Shown: positions 20,454-31,169 of the stretch, piece after piece | How the letters are laid out: each line of letters starts with the position of its first letter | How positions within the stretch are numbered: the stretch's first letter is position 1 | Source: Epithemia pelagica | Taxonomy: Eukaryota; Protista; Bacillariophyta | NCBI GenBank assembly: GCA_946965045.2 | Contig: OX337230.1 | Span: 3,658,001 to 3,722,000, forward strand | Length of the DNA: 64,000 bases | Direction of reading: 5' to 3' | The notes under the pieces: model-generated | Seen by the model: only the letters and a program-made list of their open reading frames with translations | Databases searched by the model: none | Told to the model about the DNA's origin: nothing | Made by a program: the position numbers and the translations under genes

Positions 20454-21979
20454 ATGAGCAGTAGACGGCGCTGCTGTTGCTGGAGGTGGATTTTCGTCCT
20501 CCTCCTAGTAGGTCGTGCCTCGTCAGTGGTATGCTTATGCTATCCATCCGTGACTAGCCCAAAACCAACCATAACGACGACGACGACGACGAGAGCAAGC
20601 ACACACAGTCGTCGTCCGCTTCCGCTCCGCATTGATGGCATATGGTACGATGTATCCGACTACGCGGAACAACACAAGGGCGGACGGTGGATACTGAACT
20701 ATGCCGCCGGTCGTGATGTGACGGCCATGTTTTATGCCATTCATTTGCATGGAGAAGTCAAGGCACGGGCCGTCTTGGATCGTCTTCCCAAATTGAAGGA
20801 AGAGCAGCTGCAACAACCGCCACTCGATCATGGCCCACACGTACTGGCCTTGGACCACAAGTTGGAACGAACCTTGCCACCTATACGTTCGCCACTTCGT
20901 AAAGATTTACAAGACATGCTTCGTCGACGTTTCCCGACCATTGAATCTACCAAAGCGACACGGGCCCATTGGGCACGCACTGCCCTCTTTGCTGTGGCAG
21001 CTCTAGTTTGTTGGGTAGGGTGGTCCCCGGACAGGTTGTCGCCACCCTGGTCTTACCACTGGCACAATGGCTGCTGGCGGCACATACCGTCCACGAAGCC
21101 ACTCATGGTGCCTCGAGCACTCATGCTGGCGTGAATTATTGGGCGCAATTTGTCGGTGCTCATCCACTCTTGTTCAATGTGCATGTATGGGTCTCTCAAC
21201 ACATTCTTTCGCATCATCCTTACACGAACGATCCACAACACGATGTTGATGTGCATCATTATGCTGCCGCACGTTTATCACGGGCTCAAGGGCCATATGT
21301 TCCACCGAAAAACAACGTGAACCCAGCCTGGAATTTTGTGTGGAAGGGTTGCTTGGCAACGTTGGGGACATGTATTTTACAGCCACTGCGAACCCTTGTT
21401 CAAAAACCCACGCCTCACTTTAACGACAACATCACCCCAGTTCCGCGGAGGGCCGTCTCCAAATGGACCTTGCTGGTCAGCATGCTCCCGTCCCTGTTTG
21501 TTGTCTTGTATCCAATGGTCGCTGCGACGGTGTGGCACACCATGAGTTGGTGGCGGGCGCTCTTGGCCACGATTTGGCCCTGGGTTGGCACATCGGTAAT
21601 TTGGACTACCATGACCCAAATATCTCATATTCAAGAGTCGTGTCAGTGGGACGATCCAACGAATGAAAATGACCACAACAACAGCACTGCGGCAGCACGC
21701 TGCTGGACCGCTCAACAAATTGGTACAGCCTTGGATTATTCCGTCCAAAATCCAGTCATGACGTGGGCGACGGCGGGTCTCAACCATCAAGGGTTGCATC
21801 ATGCCATGCCCACGATTAGTGCCAGTCACTTTTGTAGCTTGCAAGAAGAATACACCCAAATTTGTCACAAGCACGGTGTCCATCCTCGTCGATCGCCCAA
21901 TTTGCAGACTGCGGCGCGCACGTGCTTGGAGTTTGTCTTTGACTTGAACCGGCCCGTCGCCCAAACAGCACCACAATGA
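20454..21979 (+). CDS. Cytochrome b5-fusion (front-end-like) fatty acid desaturase with a frame break near 21015-21034
   Basis: Cyt-b5 heme motif HKGG (variant of HPGG), DVTAMF; His boxes HTVHEATH, QHILSHHPYTN and HQGLHH. The two halves lie in different frames (ORFs 20448..21134 and 20969..21979). Confidence 0.85.
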
Positions 21980-23394
21980 GAGATCTACCCAAAAACCAGG
22001 AGAAACATGCATCTTGTTGTGTGGCTCATGGCCTAGTATGTATTGCACCACTCAATCCTCTGGTACGCTTTTGGATCCATACATTTTTGTATGTTTGGAT
22101 TCATGCAATACTGCTGATACTTGTTGCGCAACTAGGTAGGCAAACAAGGTTTTCTGATGTTACTTGACTTGTTGACTCAATTGCTTTGGCCATTTCGAAC
22201 GAGATTGTCCAACAGAGTTTCTTTTCTATGCCCCGTCGTTTCGTAACGGTAACGCTGAGGGTGGTCCGCATTTGGGGCGACGACAAGTGTTGCAACACCG
22301 CCGACCACCGGCCGGAATCGTCTCGCCGAAGCGCGTAGTGTCCATCAATGCGACCGAGGTCGCCATCGAACCCATGTTTGTCAGATTTTTGTGTGGACAC
22401 AACGATCCAGAAAAAGATTCTTATGGAGACCGAGATGATGGCCGATCGTCTTTGTACTGTCATGCGACAACGTCTCCTCCACCGACGTCTTGTGTGGAGG
22501 GATGAGTAGGTCCAACCATGTAGCACCGACCGACAACAGGCCGTTTCTGGTTTGTTGATGTTTTGAGACAAGAAAGAAAGTGAATGCGAACATTTACGGC
22601 TCGTATCCGTCTGGCTCCAGTCGCGTCATCTGGAATCATTGGGGTTGGCCACCGCGTCTGCTTATGGGGGACCTTGGGGGACTCGTGGAGGCGACTGAAC
22701 CCTGAGCGCACGTCGGCCTCTAGCACCGTCACAAATGTCGGTTGTCTGTCAGTGAAAGTTTAGGTCACATTGATTTTCTTTGGACCATTTTGTCGGTGCG
22801 ATGTCGGTTACATCTGTCGATTAAATTTTTGTCCTATTTCCGGACATGCAGCATGCAGGCTCGCGATTCGCGATCGATTTCTGTGGGATGACGCAAGACT
22901 TTCTTTATGGGGAATCTTCGCATTGGTTCCCAGAAAGGTACTCGTTATCGCTCAGTAAGTTTCTGGCCACCTCCGCAGCGAATTCGGAATGGAAGAAGCG
23001 AACGATGACGAGGCACGAGTTTGAAGCAGAACTTCCCACTTCCCACACAAGTACGACTCTAGGCTCAAAGTGTACGTTCCAAATTCTGTGGTTTTCCAGC
23101 GGTGTTCGGGCTCCCACCATCTCCCATCTCACCCCCACAGCGTTTCAGTGGCACGATCTCCGGGCCAATGGACTCGGCTTGATCTCACAATTCTAAATTC
23201 TAGAAATTCGCACTTTGATCTTCGGATTTGGGGCGAGTGGGTGTGGGTGTATCCAAAAAAAGGCAGACACACGGACACATCTGTCTCGTTGTGACAGAAC
23301 AATCCATCAATCGTCGTCATCGACTCAGCGTGGTCTCATACGACGATCATACTAAACGAGATTGTCTGAGAAAAAAGAGAACCAAACAACCACC

Positions 23395-25431
23395 ATGAAT
23401 GTCAATGTATTTGACAATGTCCTCCAAGAGGACTACTTTGACAAACAACAACAACAGCACCATGGTAAAGAGAACCCTCCTCAATTGATTGGGTCGATTG
23501 ATCAGGGTACTTCGTCAACGCGATTTCTAGTCTTTACCAAAGAGGGTCGTATTGCGGCTTCGGCACAAGCCGAACACGAACAAATTTACACGGAAACAGC
23601 CGGATGGCATGAACACGATCCCCTCGAAATCTTTGACAAGACGCACGCTTGTATTCAAGCCGTGGGCGATGCCTTGCTCAAACATGGGATTGATTTGCGA
23701 GCCACACCGCTCGTGGCCGTGGGGATTACCAATCAACGCGAGACGACCATTGCGTGGAATCAACGCACGGGCATTCCCTATTACAATGCCATTGTGTGGG
23801 ATGATACTCGTACCCAAACGGTAGCCGATCACATTGCACAGGGAGATCGTGATCGACTTCGCGGACAGACGGGCTTGCCCCTGGCCTCGTACTTTGCCGG
23901 TACCAAGGTCAAGTGGTTGTTGGACAATATACCAGAATTGCGTGACGATTTGGCCGATCCGGTGGAGCAACACAATGTTCGGTTTGGAACGGTTGATTGT
24001 TGGCTCATTTACCAATTGACTGGAACTCCGGCGGAGGATGAATTTCAGGCCATTAATCAGGGTGGACTCTTTGTGACAGATGTCACAAATGCGAGTCGTT
24101 GGTTGCTCATGGATTTGCACACGGTACAATGGGATGCCGACTTGGTAGACGATGTGTGTTCTCCGCATCATGTTCCCCTCTCGTGTTTACCCGAAATTTG
24201 TCCCAGTTGCCACATTTTTGGTCATTGTCATCCCGAAAGTGGAGTCGAATATTTGGAGCATGTTCCCATTGCTGCCGTCCTAGGTGACCAACAAGCTGCC
24301 CTCTTTGGACAAACCGCCTTTTCACCTGGTGAGGCCAAGAATACCTACGGAACTGGTCTCTTTCTTATTATGAACACGGGTACCAAGGTTCCCAAATCCG
24401 AAGGTCTCTTGTCGACAGTGGCGTACCAGATTGGCAAGGACCAACCCGTCCATTACGCTCTCGAAGGCTCCGTATCGCATTCGGGCAGTACGATTCAATG
24501 GCTACGCGATCAATTGCAAATTATTCCATCGGCACCCGATTCCGAAGCCTTGGCCACGGTCCAAAACGATGGCCTCTACTTTGTTCCAGCCTTTGCCGGT
24601 CTCTTTGCTCCCCATTGGCGGAGCGATGCCCGAGCCTGTTTGGTGGGCCTGACCACCTCGCATCACAAGGGTCACGTGTGTCGGGCCGCCTTGGAAGCTT
24701 CAGCCTATCAAACACGAGAAGTCTTTAATACCATTGAAGCCGATTCCGGTGTGGAACTCCAATCCCTCAAGGTGGATGGCGGTGGTACGGCCAACAATCT
24801 CATGATGCAATTCCAGGCTGACATGCTCAATGTTCCCGTGGTCAAACCCAAAATCAAGGAAACCACGTCGCTCGGTGTCGCCTTTTGTGCCGGATTGGCC
24901 ACGGGCGTGTGGGACAGTGTCGACGAAATCAAAACCTTGTGGGCCGTATCCAAAACCTACCTGCCCCGCATGACGGAAGCGGAACGCCAACGCAATTGGA
25001 GTGGATGGAACAAGGCGGTTTCGAAAAGTTTGGGGTGGATCGATCCCAAAGATGAGGAAGAACAAGACCAACAACAACAAGAGACTGCGAGTACCGCTCG
25101 GGTCCCCACCGAAGCGCCACAAAAGCCCATCCTCAAGTTGCGTCCGGCAAGCAGCAAAATTGACAAGAGTCATTCATCCATGAGCAACAACCACCAAATC
25201 GACGACTCCAAAAAGCCAGCCAGCACCAAACCAGTTCTGGAGGAACCGGTTCTGATTGTCACGGGTGAATTGCTCCAACAGCGATCGTCATCGTCCAGCA
25301 ACAACCACCACCACCACCAGGACGACCTTTACTACAACAAGCACATGTATGGAGCTTCCACCGTCCTGTTCTGTTCGGCCATGGGTTTGGCCGTGGGAGC
25401 CTTTTTGGGTGGTCGACACCACAAGCAATGA
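23395..25431 (+). CDS. glpK: Glycerol kinase with a long C-terminal extension and hydrophobic tail
   Basis: SIDQGTSSTRF, GITNQRETT, TDVTNASR, GDQQAALFGQ, KNTYGTG, YALEGS, VPAFAGLFAPHW, LKVDGG; ATG at 23395. Confidence 0.95.
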   Translation: MNVNVFDNVLQEDYFDKQQQQHHGKENPPQLIGSIDQGTSSTRFLVFTKEGRIAASAQAEHEQIYTETAGWHEHDPLEIFDKTHACIQAVGDALLKHGIDLRATPLVAVGITNQRETTIAWNQRTGIPYYNAIVWDDTRTQTVADHIAQGDRDRLRGQTGLPLASYFAGTKVKWLLDNIPELRDDLADPVEQHNVRFGTVDCWLIYQLTGTPAEDEFQAINQGGLFVTDVTNASRWLLMDLHTVQWDADLVDDVCSPHHVPLSCLPEICPSCHIFGHCHPESGVEYLEHVPIAAVLGDQQAALFGQTAFSPGEAKNTYGTGLFLIMNTGTKVPKSEGLLSTVAYQIGKDQPVHYALEGSVSHSGSTIQWLRDQLQIIPSAPDSEALATVQNDGLYFVPAFAGLFAPHWRSDARACLVGLTTSHHKGHVCRAALEASAYQTREVFNTIEADSGVELQSLKVDGGGTANNLMMQFQADMLNVPVVKPKIKETTSLGVAFCAGLATGVWDSVDEIKTLWAVSKTYLPRMTEAERQRNWSGWNKAVSKSLGWIDPKDEEEQDQQQQETASTARVPTEAPQKPILKLRPASSKIDKSHSSMSNNHQIDDSKKPASTKPVLEEPVLIVTGELLQQRSSSSSNNHHHHQDDLYYNKHMYGASTVLFCSAMGLAVGAFLGGRHHKQ

Positions 25432-26069
25432 GACACGACGCACCTTCGACTTGACCACTTCCGAACAAGCCACGTCACTTGCACATCCAAGAACCGATAC
25501 ATTGCATGGTTTTGCATTCTATGCCAAGTTATTTGTGTAGGACGCTGTGGTTCTTTCATGTGTCTTACAGCGAAACGACTTGTCGAATCCACTTTTTCAT
25601 GACGAGAGACTTATTTGTCCCGAGCTCTGTGCCGCAAACCTTGCATCCTTGCTGCGTTTCCGAGCTCAACTGCATCCACCTGTTCCTGTCTTTTCTTACG
25701 TTACACTTCTACTATTATTTGAGAGATATTACTACTACTACCACTTTCTTGTCTAAAGCATTCCTATCGTTGAATCCTCATGGATGACCTTAGAGAAGCA
25801 GTCTGCGGAGCGAACACTTGCTGCGGTACAATTCTTGTTCAATAGCCACCAAACGCCATATTTGATATGCCTCGAACACAACTCCCCATTCCTACAACGA
25901 GAGAGTGCAACAGTGAGTTGGAGCTTTTCAGTCACTATAATATGATTGACAAGAACGTATCTGCGGAGTGATATGATTGTCCTACAAGCTGAGAATCTCG
26001 TGGCGCAAACATGACAACTGTTTGAAAGTAGAATTTCCATGAGATTGCTTCTGCAACCTGTTGCACATT

Positions 26070-27290
26070 TCAAGTGCCATCCTCCACTTCATCACCATGG
26101 CTTGTATTGGGCCTCGCTAGTTGACGAGCTAATGTCGAGGTGGAAAAGGGTGAAATATCAGCACCTCGGATAGACCCTCCTTCCCAAGAATGATACCATC
26201 CCTTTGGTGGTTGCTCACAGAGTCGACGAAAACACCACGAATTCCTGTCCATTAGTGGTAATGTCAGACAGGAAGGAGTGTTCCATCCACCAATGAGTGC
26301 AATTTGATCGGCAACAGTCACCACACTGCCGCTTGCAAGGCAATTTTCCAATAGCGGGAGATCCCACACGCGGTTTCGGTGCGTATCCAATACTTCCACG
26401 GTTCGTATATATCCTCCGGCCGCCACCAGACAAGATCCTACAGCAGCCACTTCACAAAAACCTCGAGGGACGGAAAGTGCCAGATCAGAGTGAGTCGTCC
26501 AGCCACACAAGGAGGACATGACCGTAGACAAAGCGTCGCCTTTGCTCTCCTCATTGTAACAGGGCTTGGCAAAGTCCAAATACTCCACCGAGTCTACTTC
26601 GTCGTTACAGCTTTCGCCTCCAACGACAAAGATGCGGTGACCAATGACCGCACTGCCAAAACCTGATCGTGGAACGTTCATGCATGGTCCCGTAGTGACA
26701 GTGTGATTGCAAGTATCAATTATCTCAACGGAAGACAAGTCCAGCCCATCGTCATAGCCACCCGTTACAACAATGTATCGATTGTGTACCGCAACAGCAC
26801 AACATGATTTTCTTCCTGTTACTAATCGACAGTTTAACGTCGTCCAATTGCTCTCATGCGTACTCATCGTTGTTAAAGATGATTTCAGCAAATCATTGGA
26901 ATCAATTCGTTCCATACAATCGAAACTTGAATCTAGATTGCTTGAATCTAGATGGTCTCCTCCTATAACGTAGATCCCTCCGTCGCACACAACAGCGGCA
27001 TGTTTGCCACGTTGCTTATTCATGGGTGGTCCTCGTCGCCACTGCTTATCTGGGTCTGCTAAATTTAGTACAAGAACGGAATTGGTAATGTCATCACCTC
27101 TGTAGTATCCTCCCGTCACGACGACGCTTTGTCCCTTGTTGTTGTTGTTATGGTCGTTGTTATCAAGTACGACCGTAGCATGATGAAAACGCCATGGTCC
27201 CTCAAGCGGAGGCCAGTCGTTTTCATTCCATTCTGGTGTCTCGTCCAAAAGGACAAGGCCCGATTGCCATGCTTGCTCTTTCAGTGTCAT
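26070..27290 (-). CDS. Kelch-repeat protein (406 aa)
   Basis: Repeated Kelch GG motifs (VVVTGG, IYVIGG, IVVTGG, IFVVGG, LVAAGG, IALIGG) with W/P-M-x3-R spacing. Confidence 0.9.
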   Translation of the reverse strand: MTLKEQAWQSGLVLLDETPEWNENDWPPLEGPWRFHHATVVLDNNDHNNNNKGQSVVVTGGYYRGDDITNSVLVLNLADPDKQWRRGPPMNKQRGKHAAVVCDGGIYVIGGDHLDSSNLDSSFDCMERIDSNDLLKSSLTTMSTHESNWTTLNCRLVTGRKSCCAVAVHNRYIVVTGGYDDGLDLSSVEIIDTCNHTVTTGPCMNVPRSGFGSAVIGHRIFVVGGESCNDEVDSVEYLDFAKPCYNEESKGDALSTVMSSLCGWTTHSDLALSVPRGFCEVAAVGSCLVAAGGYIRTVEVLDTHRNRVWDLPLLENCLASGSVVTVADQIALIGGWNTPSCLTLPLMDRNSWCFRRLCEQPPKGWYHSWEGGSIRGADISPFSTSTLARQLARPNTSHGDEVEDGT

Positions 27291-27397
27291 GGTGAATGGT
27301 GATGGCTCGTTGAAACTGTTTTAGAATACCTTTTTAAAACTATGATTGGAAAGTTGGATACGGAATACGGAGAGCATTATTTGGCGGAACATAATGC

Positions 27398-27871
27398 GCG
27401 GCTACCCCGCCTAGCCTAGTCCGCTCCGCTGCGGCCTACTATTAATGATGGGTGCTGGGCATGATGGCACTATAGGGTCCCACCCCTCTGCCGGGGTGTG
27501 CCCTGCCAGGGCCCAGAATGGCTTGCCTCCCATCCTGGCGCCGGGCGGGAGAGGTGGGTTTTAGACGAACCTAGGAATTGTTCAGTGGTTGGACCAACCC
27601 GAGAGGCTCTCGTTGAACAAATCTATGAGGAGAGATGCGCTGCGCTGCTGCTGCTGTTGCTCCCCTTTTGGCCCGTCCCGACCCGGTGGCGGCCAGACGT
27701 GTCCTTCGCTCCGCTGCCCAGGCACGGCGGCTACCCCGCCTAGCCTAGTCCGCTCCGCTGCGGCCTACTATTAATGATGGGTGCTGGGCATGATGGCACT
27801 ATAGGGTCCCACCCCTCTGCCGGGGTGTGCCCTGCCAGGGCCCAGAATGGCTTGCCTCCCATCCTGGCGCC
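27398..27871 (-). repeat. B1-A2-(15 bp spacer)-B2 terminal repeat block of the YR element
   Basis: Direct comparison of 27398-27542 with 27727-27871, and of 27558-27727 with 33344-33513. Confidence 0.95.
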
Positions 27872-27927
27872 AAAAGACCATGTGGGAGAGGGGGGAGGGA
27901 AAGAGAAGGGAGGAAGGAACTGAACGG

Positions 27928-29061
27928 TTAATGAAGAGGGACGGTGGCATCGGCCCGGTGGAGCCGATAGTTACCGCCCCGAAGCATGGTGCGGGCGAAG
28001 CCCCGCATGATAGGTTGGGCTTGGAGGTGAAGATATCTCATCATGACGTCACTCTGCCAGCGGCCCAGCAGGCGAATGAAATCAGTATCCACCTCAGCAC
28101 AAAGAAGAGCCATGGCCCCGCCGGCCCGTAGACTGCGAGCAGAGATGTCAGCAGGGACCAGTCCCACAGTAGGGCCAAGCATCGTCACAGACACACGCAG
28201 GGTATCGGTGATGTGGGAGGGAGTGACGGGCCGACGGCGGCCGTTGTGGACATAGGAGGCGAGGGGAGTGGTGGGAGGCATCCGGTGGGACCGGAGGTGA
28301 AGAACTTGGCGGGCAAGGGCCCGGACGGGGCAGACTAAGTCATGACCGCTGAGTCCATGGGCCACGACTTCGCCGGCAACGCCATTTTTCTGGGTGGTGA
28401 ATGTCAAGGATGCACCTGTGGCAGCCATAATATCAGCGCGGGACGAGGCAGTGGTGAGTACACGGTGCCCGAGGCGAAGGGTGACATCCTGCAGAGCAAA
28501 CGGGGTTGTGTCGGATGATAGGCCAGTATATTCACCCGGTCGGAGAAGAAAGAAATAGGCAACAACGATCATATTGCCAATGGCTTGGGTGCCAGAACTA
28601 CCAGCGGATGAAAAGGCAGCAGTTACAGCATGTTGGACAATCTGTACCGGGATTGGTCGAACGCGGTGTGGAGGCGGATCGACCCGAGTGTAGGATCGAA
28701 GCTGTCGTTGGATCCGAAAATCGATGGAACCTGTGCTGTCCTTGCGGATGTCCCGGGTCCCCACGCTGGCGAACGTCTGGCCCACCGAACGTAAGGCGTC
28801 CTCCACTGTACGAGATCGGACGGGGTGACGGCGTGGGGCCAGGCGTCCATCGCGATATTGCGCCCCGAAGACCTGGAGGACAGGAACGGGGTCTTCCATT
28901 TCTGTGAGCCACGGATCCAAGTTGTGCGCGGTACAAAAGGCCACCCAACGTGACCAGTGTTGTGTTGCGGCATTGGCGCGTGAAGAAACGACTCCGGCTC
29001 GGACCGCGTCTTGCACAGTGCCGAGGTCACGGCAGAAAGCATTGCGGTGCGTGGATGGCAT
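27928..29061 (-). CDS. Tyrosine recombinase of the Ngaro/DIRS element
   Basis: FFLLRPGEY (catalytic R), ARSLRAGGA, LLGRWQSDVMMRYL (catalytic Y). First ATG at 29061; overlaps the RT ORF end in another frame. Confidence 0.93.
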   Translation of the reverse strand: MPSTHRNAFCRDLGTVQDAVRAGVVSSRANAATQHWSRWVAFCTAHNLDPWLTEMEDPVPVLQVFGAQYRDGRLAPRRHPVRSRTVEDALRSVGQTFASVGTRDIRKDSTGSIDFRIQRQLRSYTRVDPPPHRVRPIPVQIVQHAVTAAFSSAGSSGTQAIGNMIVVAYFFLLRPGEYTGLSSDTTPFALQDVTLRLGHRVLTTASSRADIMAATGASLTFTTQKNGVAGEVVAHGLSGHDLVCPVRALARQVLHLRSHRMPPTTPLASYVHNGRRRPVTPSHITDTLRVSVTMLGPTVGLVPADISARSLRAGGAMALLCAEVDTDFIRLLGRWQSDVMMRYLHLQAQPIMRGFARTMLRGGNYRLHRADATVPLH

Positions 29062-31169
29062 AGCTGCCACGGTGTTGGCTGTGGATAGTGAGAGTCAAAA
29101 TAGGAGAGAAGTTCAGTGTCAGAGAGGTGCCAGAGACGACTACAATCATCTGCCATTGCGTTAACTGGGCCCGGGATGTAATCTTGGTGAGCAATGTAGC
29201 GGTGGAACCGCTGGTGGAGGGCTTTGACCCGCAGAAGGTAGGCGGCTGCATTGGAGGCTGACACAGATCCTTTGTGCTGCCAAAAGACAGTGGCCGTGTT
29301 GTCATGTAACGTGGTGACAGTGCGTTCCCGCACATCGGCAGTCTGCGCCATTACATCGAGATGGGTGACAGCACCCGCCAACTCAAGGTCACTGTTGGTG
29401 AGAGTGCCAGAAGGGTTGTCCCAAGTGACGAGACGCCGTGTGATGCTGTCGGGGAAAGGAGAACGCCACAGATATGAGGCATGGGTGCGTCCAACATGAG
29501 AAGATGGAACAAAGAACACCCCACCCATGCCTGGACCAGCCGCATCAGTTGTCCCCAGGATGAAGTCATCACGCTTAATGATTTCTGTGAGCCGCGTGGG
29601 TCGTGCAGTGATGTCACGGGCAAGCCATTTAAAGTCCCGGAGGAAGGCATGGATGTTGCGGTTGAGGCGTAGCCGCCTGCCGGTCACACTCTCGGGGTGA
29701 CGGAAGGCTTCTTGAAGTGTGCTGAATAGCCCTTGGCCCCCAGGAAGGGCCAGTGCCATGGACCGCAGCTCCCCCAAGACCTGATGCCAGGTTTTTGCAG
29801 CAATGCGTTTCTGAGATGGTTCGATGCTGTCGAGGATGGCATGGAGCCGGTCCTTGCGGTGAGGAGGCAGCTCCAATGTTCCAGACACCGTGTCAATTAG
29901 CCACCCGAGAATGACCTTTCGGGTGGTCCAGCAAGCGTCACCTTTTTTCAATTTTTTGATGGAGGCTGGCTCCTGGCGCTCGTCAGGGTCGGATGGCTGT
30001 CCGCCACGCATGACCTGATCGAGGGCATGGAACAATACGCGATGAATTTGTCGCAGTCGATTGGGGTTCCCTTGTGCTGCAACAAGAAAGTCATCCACAT
30101 ATACATCCACATAGTTGAGGGGTGCACTGGTGGAAGTTGGTGCTCGTTGCCACGGTCGGTCAGGCAGTGGAACTGCCACTGGAGTCTGAGGGGGAGTCAG
30201 TTGTACTGTGGACTTTGCCTCTGGCGCCGGAATCGTTTGAGCCAGGTTTTCCAGACGGTGTGGTGGTGCATGTTGCAGGTCTTGCATGCTTGCATTTGCC
30301 AAGTCCGCCACTGTTTCGGTCACAGCGCAGAAATATGGAGGAGAAAGCACCCAACCCATTGGCAGTGCCAGGGGAAATGCCAGTAATTGAGGCTGTCCAT
30401 CTTGCTGAGGGAAGGCGAGCCCCAATGCCATGGAGTCTCGAGGCAGGAGCCATATACGGTAGAAACCATCTGAGATATCAAGTTTGGCTAGAAATACCGG
30501 CCCAAACCTTGGATCTGCATCCACAATGCGCTGTAGGACCCGGAGAAGGGCCTTTCCAAATTGCATTGCCTCGGGTGGTGCTAGTGGTACGGTATCTGCG
30601 TTCACTGAGTGAAAGGTGTAGTCACAGATTGTACGGGGCCGCCTCTCCCGCTGGGGGACAACACCCAGGGGGCTGACCCTCAGCCCTGCTTGTTGACGTA
30701 CTAGGTCGGCTGGGAGTACTGTCCACTGACCTTTCGTCATCATGTCTTTGAACTCCTCAAAGAGAAAGTCAACATACTCCTGTGCAGAGGCATGGGCTCC
30801 CCGGGTGATGCACTGATCTACTTGTTGTTGAGTCCACGGTCGAGTTTTCATCCGGACAGGGGCTCCCTTCCGGAGACGGGCGAGAAAGTGTGCGGCTGGA
30901 TGTTGAATTTCACCCACCTCTTCCACTAGATCACTGGGACCCCGTTGTTGCTTGATAAAGGTCTCCCATGAAGGCGCGTTTAGGTAGGACAAGGATGCAT
31001 GTGTAACTAACTCACCTAATTCAGGGGGTAATTGGCGCAGTGACGCCAAACTAGACTTAACCAACCCCGCCGGCAGCTCTGGCCCAGAGGCCTGCCGAGC
31101 AGGTCTCTGCGAGAGAGGTGCAGGTGGGGATGGCTCCGGACAAGGCACTGCCGTGTCCTTGCCGAGCCA
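28623..31169 (-). CDS. Reverse transcriptase-RNase H of the Ngaro/DIRS element
   Basis: LAKLDISDGFYRI, LPMGW..SPPYF, YVDDFL, TDAAGPGMGG, NSDLELAG, HDNTA, NAMADDCSR. The frame is open from directly after the gag TGA. Confidence 0.93.
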   Translation of the reverse strand, partial: WLGKDTAVPCPEPSPPAPLSQRPARQASGPELPAGLVKSSLASLRQLPPELGELVTHASLSYLNAPSWETFIKQQRGPSDLVEEVGEIQHPAAHFLARLRKGAPVRMKTRPWTQQQVDQCITRGAHASAQEYVDFLFEEFKDMMTKGQWTVLPADLVRQQAGLRVSPLGVVPQRERRPRTICDYTFHSVNADTVPLAPPEAMQFGKALLRVLQRIVDADPRFGPVFLAKLDISDGFYRIWLLPRDSMALGLAFPQQDGQPQLLAFPLALPMGWVLSPPYFCAVTETVADLANASMQDLQHAPPHRLENLAQTIPAPEAKSTVQLTPPQTPVAVPLPDRPWQRAPTSTSAPLNYVDVYVDDFLVAAQGNPNRLRQIHRVLFHALDQVMRGGQPSDPDERQEPASIKKLKKGDACWTTRKVILGWLIDTVSGTLELPPHRKDRLHAILDSIEPSQKRIAAKTWHQVLGELRSMALALPGGQGLFSTLQEAFRHPESVTGRRLRLNRNIHAFLRDFKWLARDITARPTRLTEIIKRDDFILGTTDAAGPGMGGVFFVPSSHVGRTHASYLWRSPFPDSITRRLVTWDNPSGTLTNSDLELAGAVTHLDVMAQTADVRERTVTTLHDNTATVFWQHKGSVSASNAAAYLLRVKALHQRFHRYIAHQDYIPGPVNAMADDCSRLWHLSDTELLSYFDSHYPQPTPWQLCHPRTAMLSAVTSALCKTRSEPESFLHAPMPQHNTGHVGWPFVPRTTWIRGSQKWKTPFLSSRSSGRNIAMDAWPHAVTPSDLVQWRTPYVRWARRSPAWGPGTSARTAQVPSIFGSNDSFDPTLGSIRLHTAFDQSRYRLSNML

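Noticed and set aside
22101-22732. Overlapping ORFs between the desaturase and glycerol kinase
   Set aside because: No consistent frame, splice model or recognisable motif; possibly a relic but unsupported.
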